The translations under genes were made by a program, and so were the position numbers. 64,000 nt of DNA. Source: an uncultured virus (IMG/VR IMGVR_UViG_3300030116_004105) (taxonomy: Duplodnaviria > Heunggongvirae > Uroviricota > Caudoviricetes). The notes under the pieces are model-generated. The model saw nothing but the letters and a program-made list of their open reading frames with translations. It was not told the origin of the DNA and made no database searches. Within the stretch, counting starts at the first letter, position 1. Each line of letters begins with the position of its first letter. This document shows, one piece after another, positions 18,601 to 27,100 of this stretch. Location: IMG/VR virus record IMGVR_UViG_3300030116_004105, positions 1-64,000 of that record; one strand, given 5' to 3'.

Positions 18601-21600
18601 TCAACCATGGAATGGTCATTCTTATTATAAAAACCAACAAAATACTCCTGATTACTAAGAGGTAATATAAAACTTGAATTTTGCGTATCAAGAGACTTAT
18701 AATACGTAAGTACAGGTGAATTTGTTCCTTCAGGTACATCATAAGAAAGAGAACTATCTAGCTCATTATCGTTTTTACCATATAATTTTAACTTATTACC
18801 CCAAGTAGCATATGTATATAAAACTACATCATTTGATGCTCCATTTGCAGTTTGTGTTGCATTAGATAAAGGAAGAAGAGCTGGATCATGTATATTTGGA
18901 ATTACTGTTTGAGATATACTATCATATGTAACACCAGCACCTATTATTTTAGAATTATAAAAATTATTAAGTATCGGTGCTACAAAAGCGCCAGCTGATT
19001 CTACTGGTATAGAAGAATTAAAAGCATCAATAGAAGAATATATAAACCTTCTATCATCTTCTGTATTTTGTACATCTGTGCCTTGAGCTGAAAATTCTAA
19101 TCTTGCTACGTCTAAAATAGAGTCTCTATAAAAAGACGAAGGTAAATAATCTGTAGTAACTTCAAATACTTCAGGATTGTCTACAAAGGCAGTTACACTG
19201 TCGTATAGATCTGGAGAAGAAATTTTATGAAATTGCCCACTATCAGACCAGATATAAATTGCACCATCTGATTGCAATGTTATTCTTTCAAGGCTACCAG
19301 CAAATACATTATCGACAACTTTTACAGTAGAAGTAACTGCGCTTTGACCGGCTGCCTCAACGCATCCAGTATTATTACCACCTGGGTGTATATTATATAT
19401 TGCAATTTTTCTATCCGTACTATCCTGAGGATTTTGTATTATAGTATATAGGTGAGTATCACTAGCTGAAAACTCCATAGCTATAGGACTCCACCCTCCA
19501 TTAAAGTTAGCCATATCAGGATCTCCTCCTGGTATATGGACTTCCAAACCTCCTTCAGTTCCTGGAGGTATAATAGAAAAATTAGTGTTATTTATTTTTG
19601 TTAATAGTATACCATGATTAACTGCTATTGCTAAATGAAAATCTCCAATATGGTTAAGATTATCAACTGTTTCTGTTAAGCTTAAATTATATGATTCAAG
19701 AAAACCTTGAGTATAACCAGGAAACTGTGGAATATAAATATTAGTAGCTTGGGCAGATACATGATTAGGGTTAGCAAAATAAGAATTATAAAAAAGTTTA
19801 TTTCCTATAGTAACAGGTAGTTCTCTATATCTATCTATGCTTAAATATCTACTTGCACCGCCTGTAAATTTATTAGATCCAGCACTCCAAGTATTTACAA
19901 CCGTATTCTCAAATTTAGATAATTGAAAACTAAATCCTGTAGAAAAAGGTCTTAATACTAAAAGTTTTCCATTTTGAGATGAAAACTGAGGAGATATATC
20001 CATAGGAGTATTTCTGGCGGATAAAGTATTACTATTATTCTCATCAACGTGTAAAAGAGCAGTATCATTTACTTCATTTCCTAAGTTATTTGCAATCGTA
20101 TCTTGGTCCATATAACCAACAATATCAGGGGCTTGAGAATCTCCAAAAACAGTGGCTAATTTTGGGTCTAGTGAGTTAGGCTCAAAATCATTGTAATTAA
20201 TTATATGCGTTAGGTTGTCAGCTGACATAAGTCTAAATAATCTAGCTATAGGAGCAAAGGGGTCTAAATTAATAGCTACCAAACCTGTGTAAGTAGGTAA
20301 CATAAAGTTTTTAAAACTTTTTATATTGACATCGTAATCATACTCAGCATCATCTTGTTGCAATACACTAGGAGATTCTGTCAAGCTACCTATTATATAA
20401 TGATCTAGCCGTCTTTGCATCATAAAGTAAGTTATTCCTGGGACACTTCCAGCAGGATTATAACCATCTCTAGCTCCTGATACTACATCTGTATTAACTA
20501 CTACTTTTCCATCATTACTAACACTTAGATAATCGCCACTAGTTTTATCTTTATAAGCAAAATTATATTGATGCATTTGAGCTGACTTCACATTCCCATA
20601 CATTAAAGTATCACTGTCGCAGTAAGGTACAGGAGTACCTTCTGGTGTAAATTGTTGTAAAGTATCATCTAATTCTATTTTTCTTAATTCTCCTTGAGAA
20701 CCAAACCAATATAAAAGATGCTTATTATTTGTATTTTGTATATAATGAATTTTAAAATTAGAGGTATGCAAATAATCTTCTACAGGTGAACCTAATAATG
20801 AATAATTAAAATCATTTATAAGATTGCTTGTTAATCCACTAAGCCTTGCTCCATGATGATTAAAAATATCTATATCTCCAGAGTTATTTGCTATAACATA
20901 GTATCTTATAATTCCTGTACTATCTCCATATTCAGACGCACCTTTATCTGTTATAACTAAACTAGTAAGTTGAGAATTGTTATCAGAAAAAGATGGAGAC
21001 AAAGTTAAAGGCTCGCTAGAGCTATTACTAATGGATGTAAGGGTGTTGTCAACATCTCCAAACACACCGCCCTGTATTGCATAGTAACCTTCAGGTTGTA
21101 ATAACACATACTCAGGATAGGGCTCATTTATATATCTAGCTCCTATTCTTGGCATCATTAAAGTTACGTTAGCTCTCGGGTCCTCGTATACACAGCCCCC
21201 ACCTTCAATAGTTGCCTCTGGATTATAGTTTGTTGCATTAGGATCTGTACATCCTAAAATATAAGGTCTTCTTCCTGTAGTAATTCCATATACATTTACT
21301 ATACCTTTTTTAATTACTGGGTAATCAACTAGTATACTTTTATTTATACTACCATCAGATTCAACTGTTAATTTTGACACAGAAGGATAAAAGGTAGATA
21401 AGAATTTAGTATTCATAGGGCTTACCTTTTGAGTTCTAGGCACCCGAAGCAGCAAACCTATATTATATACTAAGTAGTTTAATAATAAATATTTACCACT
21501 AGGCATTCCAGTAAAAGCCCAGTTCAACCCAGACTTTAATTGTATAGCTGGAGAACCATAAGTAATCTGAACTCTGCTAGTTATATTAGAAACACTAATA

Positions 21601-21878
21601 GTTATGTCGGAAGTAGTATCTGATTTTACAAAACTTAAAGCTATATACTCCCCATATAAAGAGTTGAATAAAAGCTCCCATTGTTTAAATGCATTTTGAA
21701 CTTCAACATCAAATGCATGTTTTGTTATGTATGTATTTGGTAAAACTTTTACATCTTTAAGTGTTGGATGGTCTACCAATAAATTATCAAAATTTTGAAT
21801 AGAATAATTTAAAACAACTGGAGCAACTTCATTAGAAGTTTTACCCTTATTTATTGCGTCTCTTAAAGTAGTTAACAT
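12666..21878 (-). CDS. Giant 3070-aa putative tail/virion-associated protein
   Basis: Degenerate matrixin-like N-terminus, beta-propeller-like MEFS repeats, a long Cys-rich region, six GCTD repeats and C-terminal CxxxxCxxC; no signal peptide. Confidence 0.7.
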   Translation of the reverse strand: MLTTLRDAINKGKTSNEVAPVVLNYSIQNFDNLLVDHPTLKDVKVLPNTYITKHAFDVEVQNAFKQWELLFNSLYGEYIALSFVKSDTTSDITISVSNITSRVQITYGSPAIQLKSGLNWAFTGMPSGKYLLLNYLVYNIGLLLRVPRTQKVSPMNTKFLSTFYPSVSKLTVESDGSINKSILVDYPVIKKGIVNVYGITTGRRPYILGCTDPNATNYNPEATIEGGGCVYEDPRANVTLMMPRIGARYINEPYPEYVLLQPEGYYAIQGGVFGDVDNTLTSISNSSSEPLTLSPSFSDNNSQLTSLVITDKGASEYGDSTGIIRYYVIANNSGDIDIFNHHGARLSGLTSNLINDFNYSLLGSPVEDYLHTSNFKIHYIQNTNNKHLLYWFGSQGELRKIELDDTLQQFTPEGTPVPYCDSDTLMYGNVKSAQMHQYNFAYKDKTSGDYLSVSNDGKVVVNTDVVSGARDGYNPAGSVPGITYFMMQRRLDHYIIGSLTESPSVLQQDDAEYDYDVNIKSFKNFMLPTYTGLVAINLDPFAPIARLFRLMSADNLTHIINYNDFEPNSLDPKLATVFGDSQAPDIVGYMDQDTIANNLGNEVNDTALLHVDENNSNTLSARNTPMDISPQFSSQNGKLLVLRPFSTGFSFQLSKFENTVVNTWSAGSNKFTGGASRYLSIDRYRELPVTIGNKLFYNSYFANPNHVSAQATNIYIPQFPGYTQGFLESYNLSLTETVDNLNHIGDFHLAIAVNHGILLTKINNTNFSIIPPGTEGGLEVHIPGGDPDMANFNGGWSPIAMEFSASDTHLYTIIQNPQDSTDRKIAIYNIHPGGNNTGCVEAAGQSAVTSTVKVVDNVFAGSLERITLQSDGAIYIWSDSGQFHKISSPDLYDSVTAFVDNPEVFEVTTDYLPSSFYRDSILDVARLEFSAQGTDVQNTEDDRRFIYSSIDAFNSSIPVESAGAFVAPILNNFYNSKIIGAGVTYDSISQTVIPNIHDPALLPLSNATQTANGASNDVVLYTYATWGNKLKLYGKNDNELDSSLSYDVPEGTNSPVLTYYKSLDTQNSSFILPLSNQEYFVGFYNKNDHSMVDTNGTYPPLYSYKIVSVAGSINNPEYSVSPRYELLRSAAVSGSALNTFYKIIPGIEIYETENTFKIISTQGFYTSTTTSSSGSVIHEYRITDIYINYLSINKRSLSSASAQGFLASDQSDKQFVHTISDVIANNVHNGKIFTTMRVSRNGLYIAIATSVLHEETFNEITISLFNFNKDSDNRNPLLLGDKIGSTIKLTTNDFLRKEGISPNDPSSIMVDAIVRGMEFSPNNQKLYVLIGQHRQTEDVFSQDSFGTLNDGHASSRLIRIDIDKTNISEPSAFRLDGPVQESESYSSQGALSLYSDLFTFDSDGNSYQGNLVYRANSTMTGLYRSPDNNIFVSLTHPQQIEDEPIIQMTGVITASENTLAARLHKNARVVTLNQVLGVTRDPGGFLANFYGSVGITPISPASTSGTKIDEEDYDEVFEEITNLGAIQFGCMDIAAINYNVNATVNDGSCVYSQDLDTNSNIDLTNLASLDTDGCTDAECPDLGYGWGSASSYNIPNFAEVVEYLDAEFENALFTCQGGGRSDLVSSFLATARSNDYTNFLSAFNVTCFNNINCGCQATYIVEIAVTYEAETDTIIAGPWAGPVGIEEDGAGCNLITVSGTWVFIPITTQENGDGQWTYIDTYPGEPIQPVDPETGEPIINDWCIHVGENPSNFEPVSDFDPTYCQHCLEEDAPFYDQNGGGYTSGDEETYYQWVTSNSDLCGEYGCTDPDACNYNPALDPQMTVQTGCTYSPTDVYPDPYYPDTMIDLGIVCTCNQYLGGDPVFSGSLYGSMYCGSCGADDPSNPNDPDFIFLKKPTCDCDNNPVPYFNSQGQEQGEYCDCEGTVATGAEYGCYCENGVVVEPEQFSNSSICNCNGALASELFGPNCNCDGELDAGGGSFIADQVFCDCNTAATLYYEDVDGNGIPACDIPRRYICEITQEMLVFHPNALAPNVGAYYDIRNGIVISPEDLESEYILSGDLGTAVNYNQCDECATDEGILLQIGETTGITAEDAAEGQQYDCNGECKWKVWSNESIAALLPFVPPGTAPGNIYSNDYYGSGVLNECGSCVPPSEAELPCCEGVTGIFETDLAAGLVDQCNSCIATMFESEGDVPDDGFVSVFLTGPNEYTVTWGGGGSSSESFITSCNPCAEAGSPYGIQPTQQLNAQQWQNIVAAFTPNDCSECGTYPTTFIDYESAAEGFYQVIDGNSTLYKCECDDTPQPLVSFFNQTNENNRCCQGYVWDSCAFGTGGCRPADYTYPDGNPVGHPSQTDCEGNCAEWNGSEWEYEYALNECDDCTLGGVRVGGSLANGDCCEGQSLGCDGLCYITGQQPELDDCGVCWLPEGLEYNACFGCTDSTAVNFDSEATEDDGNCLYASLLTELDAIGIDTTGPSTYVEGNYFIGTQFANLQFINQNPDRFLQYNEFYGANLYYDQPFYTFKCQVIVSAPGAIGSPILQITNPAQNGEIIYGYTPDSPGQEALGAGEPLVYDPSYADVPSFEPGDPNIYSVRYYFRLHAGLNLNTYSIQQIFSQHEDKILSIKAADGSEYIPDPLFNNTIDGIGNLQKGINTSISPVTNPNEVDAQNNPVPPFSTDVYHMYEVIPRLNPVTGHPYEFSIDFTNFITGAVYGCTDQLASNYNPLATVDNGTCTYIEGSFTDDIELIGFPSDPTKLKWVLYNSYGEVLQANFGLYPGTFQQNGYFSSPLPESSCLYFVPIGFKSEDEWKNIVLLINKNSSPISILSYGANIVNPEITSGTQLLSYNSSCKLGCESAVNGRILTDYCITNVKKDVKEFTDIQFTFEVSTTIPSDQLFIAEIYNLDTGKTLFRTSDTEEYVMGQSYINSFPISKETRIGVRFKNTSKFDYKYQLKSEYGEMIINKTYKNSSHTFDTITIRPVVYGCTDPTAANYNSHAAMDDGNCFDAGFEQCVKNSLFSLSLTDCDTKEAERALKIYALYDGYKQAVIENNQTKIDMYIQKLTDMCNAEYCESC

Positions 21879-21884
21879 GTATTA

Positions 21885-23468
21885 TTATTTTAAAGGTATT
21901 ACTTGCAATGCATACACACTAACGTCAGTGGCAGCAGTTGCATTATTTACATCTACACTTATTGTAATTTTTTGATCCCAGTCTAGTGATAAAGTATTAT
22001 TAGCTCCAGCTGATACAGCATCTAAATCTGCACCAACAATAACAAATCCAAAAGCTATTGACTTTGGAGTGTCAGAGTGTAAAACTGTAGCCTCGTGATG
22101 TATGAATTCTGCATTAGGAGCTGTTGTTGTAGTTAAAGTAGTCGGTAAAACTTGAGTCCCATTTATACCAATAGCAACAGTTTTTGTATTACCATTTGCT
22201 GCTGCAAGAGAATGTGCTACAATTTTAAAACCTGAACCAATTGGATATTCTCTTAAATCTACATCTATAGACATTACTGTTTCATATGCACCTGTAGTAG
22301 TTGCTCTTTCACCAGCATTAATATCACTAGTAACAAAAGTTTTTACTCCTTGGGAAGTTTCTGCTCCTGAAGAAACATTACTCTCTAAATACCATTTATC
22401 TTGTCCATCATTATATAACTTTACAGAAGCATTATTTGCATTTATTAAATATGTTCTAGATCCTTGTATAGTATTACCACCAGAGGTAACTAATGTTATA
22501 TTATTTCTTACTGAGTTACCGTATTCATCTTTAATTAAATACTTTAATATTTTAGGATTTGAAAGTCTACCTATGGAAGGCAAAGTTAGTGTAACTGTAT
22601 TTCTTCTACAATCTACACCGACAATACCTTTATCTTGTTCTGTTAAAGTATAGTTAGGAATAGATACAATAGTTCTATTATACTCACTACCAAGCTCTAA
22701 AGCTCTTTTATATTTTTGAGGTGTTAGGGCAGAGTCTTCGGCATCTAAACTTGTTAAATCTTCTTCAGTTGCCACTCTTAATATACCTGCTTTTTCTTCT
22801 GTTGAAAATACTACATTAGTATTTACTATTGCAAACTGATGTCCTACAGCGCCATGCGTACCTCCTTGAGAATCTTCTATACACAATAACAAATCTCCTA
22901 CTTGAACCTCTGGGCCATCTGTAGCAAACATAGCAATATCTTCTTCAATTATAAAAGAATCCCCCGCAGATGCTCTAGGATAACCATTAGTTCCTTTTTC
23001 TCTTTTAATTGTTTTTAAAGTAGCTTTTAGTTCATCGTCTACAAACTTTTTTGTAATAATATCATTTTCTTTAAATGACTGTGGAGCAGTTCTATAAGAT
23101 AAATTATTTGCTAAAGGAACTGTACCATCATTTTTAATAACATTATTTGTAATATTATCTACGTAAGATTTTGTTGCTAAGTGATTCGCAGCTTGAGGTG
23201 TTGAAGCAGATACTGGACCATTAAATGATGCCGAGTCTTTATTTATAGTTTTTTTACTAACCTGTCTTTGCACAGATCTAACTTCAGATGATACAGTTTT
23301 TATTGCATCCTCTACATGCCTCAATAAGTCTAATTTACTTATTTGTTTTTTAACTCCTCCTTGAAGAATTTCTATGATGTCACTATTAGAACTTATAGAT
23401 GTTCTGCCAGAGTTTGTATTTGAGTTTCTATTTCTACGTCTACCTGTAGAACCATATCCGTTTGCCAT
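21885..23468 (-). CDS. Putative tail fiber protein
   Basis: PQAANHLATKSYVD and IITKKFVD knob motifs, GILRVATEED...ALTP, and a VTLTLP...IKDE-G...NNITL module, all typical of fibers. Confidence 0.6.
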   Translation of the reverse strand: MANGYGSTGRRRNRNSNTNSGRTSISSNSDIIEILQGGVKKQISKLDLLRHVEDAIKTVSSEVRSVQRQVSKKTINKDSASFNGPVSASTPQAANHLATKSYVDNITNNVIKNDGTVPLANNLSYRTAPQSFKENDIITKKFVDDELKATLKTIKREKGTNGYPRASAGDSFIIEEDIAMFATDGPEVQVGDLLLCIEDSQGGTHGAVGHQFAIVNTNVVFSTEEKAGILRVATEEDLTSLDAEDSALTPQKYKRALELGSEYNRTIVSIPNYTLTEQDKGIVGVDCRRNTVTLTLPSIGRLSNPKILKYLIKDEYGNSVRNNITLVTSGGNTIQGSRTYLINANNASVKLYNDGQDKWYLESNVSSGAETSQGVKTFVTSDINAGERATTTGAYETVMSIDVDLREYPIGSGFKIVAHSLAAANGNTKTVAIGINGTQVLPTTLTTTTAPNAEFIHHEATVLHSDTPKSIAFGFVIVGADLDAVSAGANNTLSLDWDQKITISVDVNNATAATDVSVYALQVIPLK

Positions 23469-23483
23469 AATTAAATATTTTTA

Positions 23484-24131
23484 TCAGTAAGAGATTTTTA
23501 ATTCGATTGCCATGTCTTCTAAAATTTTATTAAATAATTCCCTGTCCTCTACAGAAAGATAGTCTACTGTAGTTTCAGCAGAAACACCACCTTTAACTAT
23601 AAGATTACGTTGCTTTAAATCCTCAAAGTTTTTAGGATAAGGAGAAAATACTAAAATACTGTCATTATACATTCCTGTAGGAGGAAACGAAATAGTTACC
23701 GTTTGAGATCTACGAATATAACTAAAGCTAAAATCTCTATTACTGTATGTAGAAGGATCATTTAATAGATTTTCAAAGTTAGTAGTATCAACATTATTAT
23801 CAAGTTCTGATAGATTATATAATGTAAAAGCTGCAATAGTCGTAAACTCTCCTTCAATATTATCAACTCCTATCGTAAGTTTTTGCGGTCCTCTTTCTAG
23901 TGCGGGCACTGGAAAAGACATAGGCTTAGGAGAAGTTGCTATTATACTTGACGGTACAGTAATTTTAGAAGACATAAATGAAATCCAAGCTGACATTAAA
24001 TTAAATTTTTGCAGTTGACTTGGATTTGTGTTTCCAGTAGATAATCTGTCTGCTATCAAAGCGCCGTATTTATCTAACGCTTCATTAGCTTTCATGTATC
24101 TATTGTGTAAATATTCTGTTGATATGGCCAT
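23484..24131 (-). CDS. Hypothetical structural protein (tail hub-like)
   Basis: 215-aa ORF in the tail block; function from position only. Confidence 0.45.
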   Translation of the reverse strand: MAISTEYLHNRYMKANEALDKYGALIADRLSTGNTNPSQLQKFNLMSAWISFMSSKITVPSSIIATSPKPMSFPVPALERGPQKLTIGVDNIEGEFTTIAAFTLYNLSELDNNVDTTNFENLLNDPSTYSNRDFSFSYIRRSQTVTISFPPTGMYNDSILVFSPYPKNFEDLKQRNLIVKGGVSAETTVDYLSVEDRELFNKILEDMAIELKISY

Positions 24132-24138
24132 AGTATAA

Positions 24139-27100
24139 TTAATTGTCGGTAAATATAGTTAAATTAGTAATTTTATTTATAACTTTGCGCATTTTTTTAG
24201 CTCTTTCTTCTTGAGCGTTACTAGGCAGCGCTAGTCCTGGTATAAAGTTTTTACTATAAAATAGTTCATATAATTGAACTCCTGTATCTATATCAAATGC
24301 ATAATACTTTCTTTCCTCAATCCCATAAAGAGATATAACTATAAAATATCCTGTATAAGCATTTCCTGAACCATCAAATAATAATACAGAAACATTCATA
24401 AAATATGGAACAGAAACTCTGCTATATCGATACTGTTTAGGATTTAAATATTTTCTTACTGTCTCTATAGAATCTGAATAATAGTTTCTTTGATCTTGTG
24501 AGAGTGATAATGAAGTTCCATCTACTATTTCTCCCAAAGTGCTTGTGCCAACTATATACTTACCCTGACTAGTTTCCACACTATCACAGCTTCCTTCTGA
24601 ACTTGCAATGAACTCATCATACATTGAAAAGAAAGTAGCATCTGTTATATAACCACCTGTAAATGCTTCTTGATTATTACAGTTTTGAGGAGTTACATAG
24701 TCAACAGGAGCTGAGACACATCCTTGTAGTTTATTAGTTACTGTAGTATTAGCATAGCTAAGTAAATAGCAACCTCCACTACCATCAGGTAAAATTGGGT
24801 TTTCTATACAATTATATCTTCTTTGCCTTTTAAATACTGGTAGTTGATTATAACCATCTACAACCTCTAAACCACATACTTCTCTTAAAGCTTGTAAAAG
24901 CGCATCATTAAACATATCATCATCTGTCTCTATTAGGTGACCGTCGGGAGATGCACTAGGAAAATCATCTCCATTTTCTGTTTGAATATTATAAATATGA
25001 TTACTATTAGTAGTTAATAAAAAAACTTTACCTTCAGCTGGGTCAAACGAGGATGTATTTAAGACTGTCTCCCCATAAGGAAAATCTACAAAGTCTGATA
25101 AAGAAGTATCTTGCACAAGTTCTCTTTCTTCAGCAGGTATAAACCCATTTATTTCTCCTGTAGCTGTATTTCTGTAATAACTTATAGGTTCATTATTGTT
25201 ACAAAACTCAAGACCTTTATTATCTGGTATTCGTGAGTCTATACATACTAATTTAACAATTGGTTTAACAGATGTTACAGTATATTGGCACAGTGAGTTG
25301 TTGTTTGGATCTAATTCATCTAATCCAACTAATTCTGATTGTCCTTCAATAATAGATTCTAATCCTCCATAATTAACAGCTTGATTAAAAAGCGTAGCAT
25401 TAAACCCAGCAGAAAAATCTCCTGAAGCAGCAGGATCAGTACATAAAAGAGTAAAACAAGATCCATCATCAGTATTTATATTAGGGTTATGAGTTCCTAG
25501 TCCATAACCAGAAAGAAATACTTCCTGGGTAGCCCCTTGATACATATAATTAATAGCCCATTCTTGAGTACAACCATAGATATGATCAATACATGTACCA
25601 TCATCATAATTTGCGTCAGGATTGTAATTAAATTTATCTGGGTCCGTACAGCCACCCACCCAAGTATCAAGATTAGTTCCTTTTACTACCAGAGCAAAAT
25701 AATCAAGAAACTGCGCAATACTATTAGGTGTTAAAGGGACAGGATTTTCTTTATATGCCTGCTCATCAGCCCAAACCTGTCTATACATAACAGGTACATC
25801 TGAATCTGAATTAAAGTATACATTTGCAGCTCTTACAAAATCATGGTCCATAAATCTATGTTCCATGTTTGCACCCACTCCCTCATACACAGAAAGCTCA
25901 TTCATATATAAAGGATTATACTCTCCATATAAATCTTTATAATATTCCTGTTTTGGGTTAGGATCAAATAAATGAGTGCTATCAGCAGCAGTTCCAGAAT
26001 GTGCTATATATCCAGCAGTTTCAGAAAAATGTTTAGCTAGTGGATTGTAATACGGATTACGTGGTTCTGTTGAACCTACAGCATATCTACTTTTTATATT
26101 TTCTCCTCCAGGATAAGTTCCCATGTATAAAGTATAATTATCTTCATTTAAACCAGACGCACAAAGTCTAAGCCTTCTTTTATGATTTAAAAGGCTTACA
26201 TCTTTGCTTACAGGAGGAAGTATATATAAATCTTCTGGCATATAAAATTGCTCATTTCTTATCTTCAGTATGTAATCTCTATTTTCATCACCGATTGAAT
26301 TGTTTCCGTAATTAGTATAGTCTTGTAGAATAGTTTTACGTTCAATCTGATATGAATTGGGTAGAGTAGTCATCCAATTAAATCCACAATACCCTATAAC
26401 ATAAGGAAGATTTAAAAATGTTCCATCATTATATTCATGCATTTTTAATATAGCACCACTGTTATTTAAATTCTCATGATTATGAGTATTAAACAACCAC
26501 ATAGCTGCTGCTCTATCTGCAGTCTTATCTACAGTGGTCATTTCTCCATCTCCTTGAATATAAGAACCATACTGATAACCTGTTGTACTTATTCTGGTTC
26601 CGTATGTTCCATAACTATTAATAATAGTAGTATTATCAGTAGTAGTAACAGAACTTCCATCTAGACCACTATCTCTTTTACAATAATTTTTACTGTATAT
26701 TTGATGCAAAGCCCAAGGATTTGCATTTGGACCTAAAACTTTATATTCTAAAAGTAACTCAGACCCATCATAATATGTCTGAGATTCATATAAGCAAGGA
26801 CAATAAGTTTCTCTTGTTAAATCTGTAACAGGAGTATTATTAGGGTATGCAGGGAAATCGGGATTATAAGCATTAAAATTATGTATAAAAAAAGGATCTA
26901 CAGAATTGGTTTGCTCACCTTGTGAATTAAGCACACAAAAAGGTCTGCGAGTAGTTACATCCGGGCCTATTCTATTTCCATCTATATCTGTTGGATTAAC
27001 AACAATCTCTGTTATGATAGAATTATCTGCAAGTAAATCCACTCGTAATACTTCTTGGTCTCTAGCTTCCGGGTCAGCCTCTGAAGTAACTATAAGATTA

